Source: an uncultured Gemmatimonadales bacterium
GTDB lineage: Bacteria; Gemmatimonadota; Gemmatimonadetes; Gemmatimonadales; GWC2-71-9
Direction of reading: 5' to 3'
DNA length: 64,000 nt
Assembly (NCBI GenBank): GCA_963821525.1
Contig: CAWGED010000019.1
Span: forward strand, 224,001 to 288,000
This document shows positions 1 to 7,927 of the stretch, piece by piece. The notes under the pieces were generated by a model. It did not search any database. It saw only the letters and a program-made list of their open reading frames with translations, and had not been told where the DNA came from. Position numbers and translations under genes: made by a program. The stretch's first letter is position 1. The number at the start of each line of letters is the position of its first letter.

Positions 1-202
1 TGCGCACCGGATCCAGCCTCGCCGTGATCCGATAGTCCACGCGCTGTTGCCAGTAAGCCGAACCCGGACGCCCGGATCCGGTCCGGACGGCATTGGGCGC
101 TGGCAGCGGAAGCTCCCGGAATGGCGAGCTGTCGGAAACGGCGGATTGAGCGTGAAGCGGTGCGGCAGAGAGGAACGCCAGGAGTGCGAGGCTAAGTCGC
201 AT
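1..202 (-). CDS. M1-family metallopeptidase, N-terminal part (truncated by window edge)
   Basis: Not in the ORF track. My translation from the ATG at 202 gives MRLSLALLAFLSAAPLHAQ (signal peptide) ... GRPGSAYWQQRVDYRITARLD, typical of secreted M1 aminopeptidase N-termini. Confidence 0.7.
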   Translation of the reverse strand, partial: MRLSLALLAFLSAAPLHAQSAVSDSSPFRELPLPAPNAVRTGSGRPGSAYWQQRVDYRITARLDPVR

Positions 203-342
203 GGATGGGCGCGATGTTGAATGAGTGGAAGACTGGGGCGGTGCGACGAAGTTACGGTTCCTCGAATGGGTGTCCAGAGTCGGGACCCGGAATCTGGTCA
301 TAATGGCGTGAGAGACCGGCTTGGCGCTAAATCTAAGGGACG

Positions 343-1254
343 ATGACTTCCTCAAGCGGAGGCCTCTACCTCGCGGTGACAGGCGCGAGCGGCCTGATCG
401 GCTCGGCGCTGGTGCCCTCCCTCGAGGCGGCGGGGCATCGCACGTTGCGGGTGACGCGGAGACCGGCCGGTCCGGGGCAGACCCGATGGGACCCGGAAAG
501 CCAGACTATCGACGCGGCCGCGTTCGAGGGAATCGACGGGGCCATTCACCTCGCGGGAGAGAACATCGCGGAACGGTGGACCGAAGGACACAAGCGGGCG
601 ATCCTCGAAAGCCGGCGACAAGGCACCCAGCTCCTCGCCGGAACGATGGCGAAGCTCAATCCGAAGCCACGGTTCCTGATCCAGGCCTCCGCGGTCGGAA
701 TCTATGGCAATCGAGGGAGCGAACCGCTGACGGAGCGGAGTGCGCCCGGCCAGGGCTTCGCCCCGGAGGTAGCGGAAATCTGGGAGGCCTCATCCGGAGC
801 GGCGGAGGCGGCGGGGATTCGGGTCGCGAAGCTGCGTTTCGGCCTCGTGCTGACTTCGGCCGGCGGTGTCCTGGGCAAGATGTTGCCTCCGTTCAAGCTC
901 GGACTGGGCGGCAAGCTGGGCGATGGGAAGCAGTACATGAGCTGGATCTCACTCGTGGACCTCATCGACGTGGTGCACCGCGTGATTGGTGGGCAGGAGC
1001 TGAGCGGTCCCATCAACGTCACCTCGCCGAACCCGGTAACCAACGAGGAGTTTACTCACACCCTGGGACGGGTGCTGGAGCGACCGACCTCCTTCGCGGT
1101 TCCGGGAATGGTGTTACACGCGATGTTCGGTCAGATGGCTGAGGAAGTCCTGCTGGGAGGTGCGCGGGTGCTGCCTGAGAAACTGCAGCAGATCGGGTTT
1201 CCCTTTCGCTACCCCGAGCTGGAGCCGGCGATGCGCGTCGCGCTCCAGCAGTAA
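343..1254 (+). CDS. TIGR01777-type NAD-dependent epimerase/SDR (YfcH-like)
   Basis: TGASGLIG Rossmann motif, HLAGENI, GDGKQYMSWI, C-terminal LPEKLQQIGFPFRYP. Confidence 0.9.
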   Translation: MTSSSGGLYLAVTGASGLIGSALVPSLEAAGHRTLRVTRRPAGPGQTRWDPESQTIDAAAFEGIDGAIHLAGENIAERWTEGHKRAILESRRQGTQLLAGTMAKLNPKPRFLIQASAVGIYGNRGSEPLTERSAPGQGFAPEVAEIWEASSGAAEAAGIRVAKLRFGLVLTSAGGVLGKMLPPFKLGLGGKLGDGKQYMSWISLVDLIDVVHRVIGGQELSGPINVTSPNPVTNEEFTHTLGRVLERPTSFAVPGMVLHAMFGQMAEEVLLGGARVLPEKLQQIGFPFRYPELEPAMRVALQQ

Positions 1255-1266
1255 CCGCCGGGTGCC

Positions 1267-2007
1267 GTGGTGACTAAACGCCGCGCCATCGTCCTCCTCT
1301 CCGGCGGACTCGATTCGGCGACCGTGCTCGCCATCGCCAAGGCCGAGGGCTATGACGTCATGGCCTTGAGCTTTCGATACGGCCAACGTCACGCCGTTGA
1401 GTTGAAAGCGGCTCGTGCGGTCGCCCATGCCGCCGGAGTGGCACGGCACCTGGAAGTCGACTTGGACCTCCGTGCGATGGGCGGCTCCGCCCTCACGGCA
1501 GATATCCCGGTTCCAAGAAACCGTTCGATGGACGAGCAGAGCAGCGAGATCCCGGTGACCTACGTGCCGGCCCGCAATACAATCTTCCTGGCCTACGCGC
1601 TCGGCTTCGCCGAGGTAGAAGGAGCGGCGGATCTCTTCCTGGGAGTGAACGCGCTGGACTACAGCGGATACCCAGACTGCCGGCCGGAATACGTCGCCGC
1701 GTTCGAGCGCCTCGCCAATCTCGCGACCAAAGCGGGAGTCGAAGGAACGGCGAAGTTTCGCATCCACACGCCGCTCATTGACCTGTCGAAACGAGAAATC
1801 ATCGCGCGAGGCCTGGCGTTGGGCGTGGATTACAGTCTCACCCACAGCTGCTACGACCCGAGTCCCCATGGAGAGGCCTGTGGCGAGTGCGACTCTTGTC
1901 AGTTAAGGCTCAAAGGGTTCAGGGAGAATGGCATCGAAGACCCAGCATCGTATGTCAGGACCAAAGCGGGAACAGGGAACAGGGAACAGGGAACGGGAAA
2001 TGAGTGA
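1267..2007 (+). CDS. queC: 7-cyano-7-deazaguanine synthase
   Basis: SGGLDS PP-loop, [15 protein letters not shown] and Zn motif CY...CGECDSC. The last ~12 codons come from a heptamer repeat. Confidence 0.95.
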   Translation: MVTKRRAIVLLSGGLDSATVLAIAKAEGYDVMALSFRYGQRHAVELKAARAVAHAAGVARHLEVDLDLRAMGGSALTADIPVPRNRSMDEQSSEIPVTYVPARNTIFLAYALGFAEVEGAADLFLGVNALDYSGYPDCRPEYVAAFERLANLATKAGVEGTAKFRIHTPLIDLSKREIIARGLALGVDYSLTHSCYDPSPHGEACGECDSCQLRLKGFRENGIEDPASYVRTKAGTGNREQGTGNE

Positions 2008-2113
2008 GGATCTCAATTCGGAAGAAGCACCTCATCCTGAGGAGCGAAGCGACGAAGGATCTTGTCTCCGGCCGCTGTTCCGGTTCCCTGTTCCCCGTTC
2101 CCGGTTCCCGCTT
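1964..2113. repeat. Inverted heptamer-array element, (GGGAACA)n ... (TGTTCCC)n, with a REP-like core
   Basis: Arms 1964-2000 and 2076-2113 are reverse complements with about 4 mismatches. Core TCATCCTGAGGAGCGAAGCGACGAAGGATCT at 2032-2062. Confidence 0.9.
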
Positions 2114-2120
2114 CTTGGCT

Positions 2121-2762
2121 ATGAGCTACTCGGTCAAAGAGATCTACTACACTCTCCAGGGCGAAGGGATGAACGCCGGCCGGCCGGCGGTCTTCTGTCG
2201 TTTTGCGGGGTGTAACCTGTGGACCGGGCGGGAGAGTGATCGGGCGAGCGCGACTTGCAACTTCTGCGATACCGACTTTGTGGGGACGGACGGTCCGGGT
2301 GGCGGCAAGTTTGCCACGGCGGAAGAGCTGGCTCGGGCGATCGCGGAGAAGTGGCCGGCCAATTCGTCGCCGACGGCACGCAGGATGGCAGTCTGCACCG
2401 GCGGAGAGCCGCTGCTCCAGCTCGACGCGGCCGCGATAGAGGCACTCCATTCACTCGGCTTCCTGGTCGCGGTCGAGTCGAACGGCACCATCATCCCGCC
2501 GCCCGGCCTCGACTGGATCTGTGTAAGCCCCAAGGTGGGTGCCGAACTGGTGCTGCGGTCCGGCAACGAGCTCAAACTGGTGTACCCACAGGATGGGGGC
2601 GAGCCGGAGCAGTATCTCAACCTCGCCTTCGATCACTTCCTGCTGCAGCCGATGGACGGGGCCGAGCGGCAGCGGAATACCGAGCTGGCGCTGGAGTACT
2701 GTCTGCGTCACCCGGAGTGGCGGTTGAGCCTGCAGACCCATAAGATGCTGGGCATCCCCTGA
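2121..2762 (+). CDS. queE: 7-carboxy-7-deazaguanine synthase, CX14CX2C radical-SAM subtype
   Basis: KEIYYTLQGEG, C-NLWTGRESDRASAT-C-NF-C, TGGEPLLQ, SLQTHK. True start is the ATG at 2121; the ORF extension to 2004 is repeat-derived. Confidence 0.95.
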   Translation: MSYSVKEIYYTLQGEGMNAGRPAVFCRFAGCNLWTGRESDRASATCNFCDTDFVGTDGPGGGKFATAEELARAIAEKWPANSSPTARRMAVCTGGEPLLQLDAAAIEALHSLGFLVAVESNGTIIPPPGLDWICVSPKVGAELVLRSGNELKLVYPQDGGEPEQYLNLAFDHFLLQPMDGAERQRNTELALEYCLRHPEWRLSLQTHKMLGIP

Positions 2763-2765
2763 CCC

Positions 2766-3386
2766 ATGTCCACCAGCCACGGTTATTCCGACCGGATCAG
2801 CCACGCCTTCGCCTTCGCGGCGAAGCATCTCCCGCCCCGAGCGCGGCGGGGCAGCGGGGGGCTCCACCTGACCCAGCCGGCCAACGTCGCGGTGATCCTC
2901 GCCCGATACGGCTGCGACGAGATCACGATCATCTCGGGGATCCTGAGCCACCTGGTCAACGAGGCCTCCTACGGGAGCCGAACCCAACTGTCCAACAAGA
3001 TCGCCGAGAAGTTCGGCGCGATGGTCTCCCAGGTGATCGGCGATGTGGCGGAACCGCGATACGATTCGCGGGGACGGGAGCGGAATTGGGAAGTCTGCCG
3101 GATGGACTATCTCGCCAACCTCTCGGCGGCGGGACCCCGCTCCCTCGACATCTGCGCCGCCAACCAGATTCACCTCTGTGGCTCAACCCTCACCGACATC
3201 CGGCGACTGGGCATCGAATATCTCTCGACCTATGCGGAAGCGCCGGCGGAACAGACGCTCTGGTGGTATGGCAGCGTCATCACCGCACTCGAGGCAGTGC
3301 CCAGCGGACCGAGGACCGGGATGCTCCTCGAACTGAAGGGCCTGATTGAGCTCCTGGCCCAGGAATTGGAACAGCAGGGGAGCTGA
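2766..3386 (+). CDS. Mesh1/SpoT-type HD-domain protein with degenerate catalytic motifs
   Basis: AFAFAAKH...RRGSG...P.NVAVILARYGCDE...KFGAMV follows the HD_4/small alarmone hydrolase layout, but HD is replaced by SH. Confidence 0.7.
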   Translation: MSTSHGYSDRISHAFAFAAKHLPPRARRGSGGLHLTQPANVAVILARYGCDEITIISGILSHLVNEASYGSRTQLSNKIAEKFGAMVSQVIGDVAEPRYDSRGRERNWEVCRMDYLANLSAAGPRSLDICAANQIHLCGSTLTDIRRLGIEYLSTYAEAPAEQTLWWYGSVITALEAVPSGPRTGMLLELKGLIELLAQELEQQGS

Positions 3387-3432
3387 CTCGACCACTCCCT
3401 GCCGCCTCCCTCCCCAGTAGACTATCGCTATA

Positions 3433-4788
3433 TTGCACTTACAGATGGACAATTCCCCCACGCTGCCGGCCCTCGCCACGCTGCCCAGTGCCTTCGCTGC
3501 TGCGTGTCGCCATTCCCGTACCGACAGTGAGTTGTTCGAGCGCTGTCGCGAAGCGTTGGTCCGGCGATTCAACAGCGACCGCATCTGGCTCTCCGTAAAC
3601 GCCCCCAATGGTGTCCGACCGGTCGTAGCCGCTACTCCCGAGTGGGTAGCGAGCGCCAAGGAAGTCACCCGGCTCTCCAGCGGACAGACCGAGGTAATAG
3701 TCCACGCCGATCCCGAGCCGGCGAGGCAGATGGCCAGTGCGGCCGTCCCAATCGCCCTTGGCCTCGCGGTCATGGTAGAGCTGCATTCGGTATTGCGGGA
3801 GCGGCAAGAAGCGCTCGAGGATGCGGCATTCCAGCTTCGGGCCCTTCGGCAGGTGGCCCGGCTGCTCTCTTCGGTGCACTCGTCGGAAGAAACCGAGAAT
3901 CTGATTCTCGATTTCATGACCGAAGTGTTCTTCGCATGGTGGGCGTGCCTGTACCGCCCGCAGGCCGATGCCTACATCCCGAAGGTCTTCCGGTCCCTGA
4001 AGGGACCGATGGCGCTCACGCCGATCGATCTGGCGGCACTCGACAAGGAGCTGCCGAGCGGGACGCCAGCGCTGAGCACCGCCGATGCCGCGCTGGCGCG
4101 CCTGCTACCTCCCGATACCCAGCTGGTGGTCACGCTGGATGCTGGCGTCGAACGGCTGGCGGTTCTCGCGCTGGGGCCGCGGCTGCAGGAGCAGGGCTAT
4201 GGCGCACCGGAATACGAATTGGCCGGCACCCTCGCCTTCGCGGCGGCGATCGCGCTGAAGAACGCTCACCTCGTGGAGCAGTTGCAGAGCGCCGCGACCA
4301 CCGATCCGCTGACTTCACTCGGCAACCGGCGTGCGATGGAAGAGCGGCTGGATGCCGAACTGTCGCGCGGCCGCAGGCACTCGCTGCATACCAGCGTCGT
4401 CCTGGTTGACGTAGACCGGTTCAAGCTGGTCAACGACACCCTGGGGCACGCCGCCGGAGACCGTCTGCTGGTCTTGATCGGCCAGATTCTCCAGCACCAG
4501 TGCCGGACGCTCGATGCCGTGGGACGCATGGGAGGGGATGAATTCCTGGTCATCCTGCCCATGACCACCGCCGAGGAGGCGATGGCCTTCATCAGTCGGG
4601 TGCAGGGTAGCGTCGCGGCGCTGGAGCGGAGCCATCCCGAATTCGGCCGCCCCTCGCTCAGCATGGGCATCGCCGAGGCACCGCGGCACGGCGCGAGCCC
4701 GAGCACGCTGCTCGCCGGTGCGGACTCGGCACTGTACCGGGCCAAGCGGGGTGGCCGCAATGCGGTCGAAGTCGCCGAGGATATGTAG
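3433..4788 (+). CDS. GAF-like sensor diguanylate cyclase
   Basis: TDPLTSLGNRR, DVDRFKLVNDTLGHAAGD, intact GGDEF with RxxD I-site (RTLD). Start may be the ATG at 3445. Confidence 0.9.
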   Translation: MHLQMDNSPTLPALATLPSAFAAACRHSRTDSELFERCREALVRRFNSDRIWLSVNAPNGVRPVVAATPEWVASAKEVTRLSSGQTEVIVHADPEPARQMASAAVPIALGLAVMVELHSVLRERQEALEDAAFQLRALRQVARLLSSVHSSEETENLILDFMTEVFFAWWACLYRPQADAYIPKVFRSLKGPMALTPIDLAALDKELPSGTPALSTADAALARLLPPDTQLVVTLDAGVERLAVLALGPRLQEQGYGAPEYELAGTLAFAAAIALKNAHLVEQLQSAATTDPLTSLGNRRAMEERLDAELSRGRRHSLHTSVVLVDVDRFKLVNDTLGHAAGDRLLVLIGQILQHQCRTLDAVGRMGGDEFLVILPMTTAEEAMAFISRVQGSVAALERSHPEFGRPSLSMGIAEAPRHGASPSTLLAGADSALYRAKRGGRNAVEVAEDM

Positions 4789-5340
4789 ATGGCGGATCCC
4801 GAGTTCATCCTCCTGGGCGACGCGCTCTGGCTGGACTTCGCGAACACCGCTCCGTTCCTTCCGCATCGCCACGATCACCTTCCCGACCATGCGGCGTACG
4901 TCCGCTGGAACCGAGCGCTCAAGTTGAGCGCCGAGAGCGATGTCGCCATCGACCGGGTGCGGCGGCTGCGAGATCAGTTGCTGGAGATGGCCCAGTGCCT
5001 CGATGCCGGCCGAACTCCATCGTCGGCGCTGACCCAGGCGATCAACGGTGTGCTCGGCGGACTGGAGGGAACCGAGCAGTTGATCCGGGTGGGCGGAGCC
5101 TGGCGCCTTCGATTTCAGACGATGCGACCCCCTACGCCGGTCGAGGCGATTGCCGCCTCGGCCGCGGCTACGCTGGCCAACCCACTGGCCTACGTGCGCC
5201 GGTGCGCTGGCATTGATTGCGGTCTGTACTTCACCGACCTCACTCCCCAACAGAGCCGTCGTTGGTGCAGCCCGGGGCGTTGCGGCCACCGCGGGCGAGT
5301 TGAACGACGCCGGGTGAGTCGCGCGACCCCGCTGCTATGA
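4789..5340 (+). CDS. CGNR zinc-finger (ABATE) protein
   Basis: LWLDFANT at the N-terminus; RRCAGIDCGLYFTD...RRWCSPGRCGHR. Confidence 0.85.
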   Translation: MADPEFILLGDALWLDFANTAPFLPHRHDHLPDHAAYVRWNRALKLSAESDVAIDRVRRLRDQLLEMAQCLDAGRTPSSALTQAINGVLGGLEGTEQLIRVGGAWRLRFQTMRPPTPVEAIAASAAATLANPLAYVRRCAGIDCGLYFTDLTPQQSRRWCSPGRCGHRGRVERRRVSRATPLL

Positions 5341-5362
5341 CCCTCGTGCGGCAGGCCGCCGC

Positions 5363-7120
5363 ATGACCACTCCGACGCCTTTCAATTATTTCCAGCGGAC
5401 CGAGGCGGCCCTCGGCCACCGGTATCGGCTCGAGAACATGGTGGCGTCCTCGCGGGAGCGAGTGCTGTTCATCGCCCACGACAAGACGCTCAATCGCCGG
5501 GTCAGTCTCCGGGTCAACTTCTACCCGGATGACAAGATCCGCGCCTGGTTCCTGAGAGAGGCCGAGGCGTTGGCTCAGCTGGATCACCCAGCGCTGCGGC
5601 ACGTCTATGACGCGGGGGTGGTCGGAGAACTCGCCTACCGGGTCGGCAACTGGATCGAAGGCGAAAGCCTGCAGGAGGCGGTGCAGCGCGGGCCGCGTCC
5701 CTTCCCCACCGTCCACACGCTGGCGCGGGACATCCTCACCGGACTCGAGCACGCGCACGCCCATGGCATCATCGCCCGCCGGGTAGTGCCGGCCTCGCTG
5801 CTCTTGAACCTGGCGGGACGCGGTACGGTCACCGACCTCCGGTACTGCAACTGGACCCTCCCCGTCATCCCACCGGGAGAGGAGCCGTCGGGAAAGCCGT
5901 TCATGGCGCCTGAAATCCGGGGTGGCGCCGCGGGCGACCCGACGAGCGACATCTACACCGCCGGCACCATCCTCTACTTCGCCGTCACCGGTCACGAGCC
6001 GCCGCTCGACCCGCTGACCCTGAAAGCACCCTCAGAACTTCGCCCCAACTGCCCCCGCACCATCGAACGGATCCTGCTCCGGTCCCTGCGCCCGTCTCCG
6101 GACGACCGGTACCTGACTGCGGCCGAGATGCTCGAGGACTTCGCTTCGGATGCGGGGACATTCGACAATCCCGCGGCCGCCCCGGGGCCTCGCCTCGGAG
6201 TTACCGAAAGCGAAGATGGCCGGCATTGGGAGAAGCGGCTCCGTCGCGCGTTGGGGGACGACTACGAGTTGCTGAGCTCGCTGGGCACCGGAGGATACGG
6301 CCGGGTCTACCGGGTCCGGGACCTCCATCTGGAGCGGGAAGTCGCCCTCAAGGTCCTGCATCCCCACTTCACCCGGGAACCGGCGGTGGTCGAGCGATTC
6401 CGGCGGGAGGCGCAGCTCGCGGCGAGGCTCAACCACCCCAACATTGTCAATATTTATGACATCGGAGGAAGAGCCGGCTTGATTTGGTACACCATGGCGT
6501 TCGTCCGCGGACCGAACGTCGCCCAGGTGGTGGAGCGCGACGGGCCGTTGCCGGTGGATCGGATCGTAAGGTTACTCAAGGAAGCGCTCTCCGCCTTGGC
6601 CCAGGCCCATAGCGCCGGGTTAGTGCACCGAGACATCAAACCTGAGAACATGCTCACCGAGCCGGACGGAAGCCTTCGCATCACAGACTTCGGCCTGGCG
6701 CTCGCGCTGCGCGGCCAGGGAAAATTCGGCGGCGCGACGAGCCAATCAGGAACCCCGATGTTTGCGAGTCCGGAACAGCTTCTGGGAGAACGAGTTGACC
6801 AACGCTCCGATCTCTACAGCCTGGCGGCAGTCGCTTGTTTTGCGCTGCTCGGACGGCCGCCTTTCTCGGGGTCGACCGTGGAACAGGTGCTGGGTCGGCA
6901 GACCACGAACCAGCTTCCGCCGCTTCGTGAAGAACGTCCCGATTTGAGCGAAGACCTGGAGCGAGTACTTGCTCGCGCGCTCCATGCAGAGGTTGAACAG
7001 CGGTTTCCATCGGCGGCTGAATTCTTACAGGCAGTCAATCGCGCGACTGGTAGCGGGCTTCGAAGACGCAGCGGTGAATGGGCCAAAACAGCACTCAAAT
7101 GGTGGAAACCGACCCCTTGA
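5363..7120 (+). CDS. Cytoplasmic tandem pseudokinase-kinase (Hanks-type Ser/Thr kinase)
   Basis: The C-terminal domain has GTGGYG, VALK, HRDIKPEN, DFG and SPE. The N-terminal domain keeps APE/DIY but has VSLR, ARR and DLR in place of the catalytic motifs. Confidence 0.9.
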   Translation: MTTPTPFNYFQRTEAALGHRYRLENMVASSRERVLFIAHDKTLNRRVSLRVNFYPDDKIRAWFLREAEALAQLDHPALRHVYDAGVVGELAYRVGNWIEGESLQEAVQRGPRPFPTVHTLARDILTGLEHAHAHGIIARRVVPASLLLNLAGRGTVTDLRYCNWTLPVIPPGEEPSGKPFMAPEIRGGAAGDPTSDIYTAGTILYFAVTGHEPPLDPLTLKAPSELRPNCPRTIERILLRSLRPSPDDRYLTAAEMLEDFASDAGTFDNPAAAPGPRLGVTESEDGRHWEKRLRRALGDDYELLSSLGTGGYGRVYRVRDLHLEREVALKVLHPHFTREPAVVERFRREAQLAARLNHPNIVNIYDIGGRAGLIWYTMAFVRGPNVAQVVERDGPLPVDRIVRLLKEALSALAQAHSAGLVHRDIKPENMLTEPDGSLRITDFGLALALRGQGKFGGATSQSGTPMFASPEQLLGERVDQRSDLYSLAAVACFALLGRPPFSGSTVEQVLGRQTTNQLPPLREERPDLSEDLERVLARALHAEVEQRFPSAAEFLQAVNRATGSGLRRRSGEWAKTALKWWKPTP

Positions 7121-7144
7121 CTACAGTGGTCAACTGCCCATTTT
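7117..7144 (+). promoter_or_regulatory. Possible sigma-70 promoter upstream of the csp leader
   Basis: TTGACT (7117-7122), 16 bp spacer, CATTTT (7139-7144). Confidence 0.4.
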
Positions 7145-7213
7145 TATGTCGGCTTAAGTGGCCAACTAATTGGCCGGGTAGACGACCAGCAGGATCCCCT
7201 TCTGGCTCAACGA

Positions 7214-7244
7214 GAGACCCGGGTACGATGCCCGGGTCTTTTTT
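7214..7244 (+). terminator. Rho-independent terminator
   Basis: GAGACCCGGGTA-CGA-TGCCCGGGTCTT stem followed by a T run. Confidence 0.8.
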
Positions 7245-7347
7245 CTAACTGGTGAGGCGGGATTGGCCCGCTCTCACTCAGCGGTCGGCCGGTGTGGGTG
7301 CTTCACCAACACCCCGACGATTTCCACCCCAGCAGGAGTTTGGCAGC

Positions 7348-7563
7348 ATGGCACGCACCACCGGCACTGTGAAGTGGTTCAACGACGCGAAGGGCTATGG
7401 CTTCATCACGCCCGAGAACGGAAGCAAGGATTGCTTCGTGCACCACACCGCCATCAAGGCCGACGGCTTCCGCAGCCTGGCCGAGGGCGATCGCGTCGAG
7501 TTCGACATCGTGGAAGGCCAGAAGGGGCCGGCCGCCGAGAACGTCATGAAAGTGGGTAAGTAA
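7348..7563 (+). CDS. cspA: Cold-shock protein
   Basis: [15 protein letters not shown] (RNP1) and CFVHHTAI (RNP2); AGGAG RBS upstream. Paralogue identity is uncertain. Confidence 0.95.
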   Translation: MARTTGTVKWFNDAKGYGFITPENGSKDCFVHHTAIKADGFRSLAEGDRVEFDIVEGQKGPAAENVMKVGK

Positions 7564-7596
7564 GCCCAACGAGCAGCGCAGCTTTGCGGGCAACGG

Positions 7597-7629
7597 GGGC
7601 AGGGTCGCGCGTCAGGGCGTCCCCTGCCC
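7597..7629. terminator. GC hairpin between convergent csp and infA
   Basis: GGGCAGGG ... CCCTGCCC inverted repeat with no clear U-tract. Confidence 0.4.
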
Positions 7630-7633
7630 TCGT

Positions 7634-7852
7634 CTATTTGTGGCGGTAGATGACCCGGCCGCGGGTGAGGTCGTACGGGCTGAGCACCACCGTGACCCGG
7701 TCTCCCTCAAGCACCCGGATCTTGAACTTGCTCATCTTGCCCGCCGCGTACGCCAGGATGGAGTGCCCGTTCTCGAGGAGCACCCGGTAGTTACGGTCGG
7801 GGAGCACCTCGCTCACGACGCCTTCCATCTCGATTCCCTCTTCCTTGGCCAT
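7634..7852 (-). CDS. infA: Translation initiation factor IF-1
   Basis: [13 protein letters not shown]...[21 protein letters not shown], 72 aa. Confidence 0.97.
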   Translation of the reverse strand: MAKEEGIEMEGVVSEVLPDRNYRVLLENGHSILAYAAGKMSKFKIRVLEGDRVTVVLSPYDLTRGRVIYRHK

Positions 7853-7927
7853 CCAGTTCGCTCCCTGTAGGTGGGGTTTCCGGGTGAGGAATCTCGCCTC
7901 CGGCTGTTCCGGAGGCAACCTGCAGGA

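Noticed and set aside
203..342. tRNA or other ncRNA in the first intergenic region
   Set aside because: No cloverleaf, T-loop or terminator signature; it reads as a divergent promoter region.
1255..1266. preQ1 riboswitch upstream of queC
   Set aside because: The intergenic gap is only 12 nt and I see no aptamer consensus.
1267..2762. queC/queE as a defence or DNA-modification system (QatC, Dpd, CBASS type IV)
   Set aside because: Both proteins look canonical, and no dpdA/TGT, TatD, ATPase or cyclase neighbours are present.
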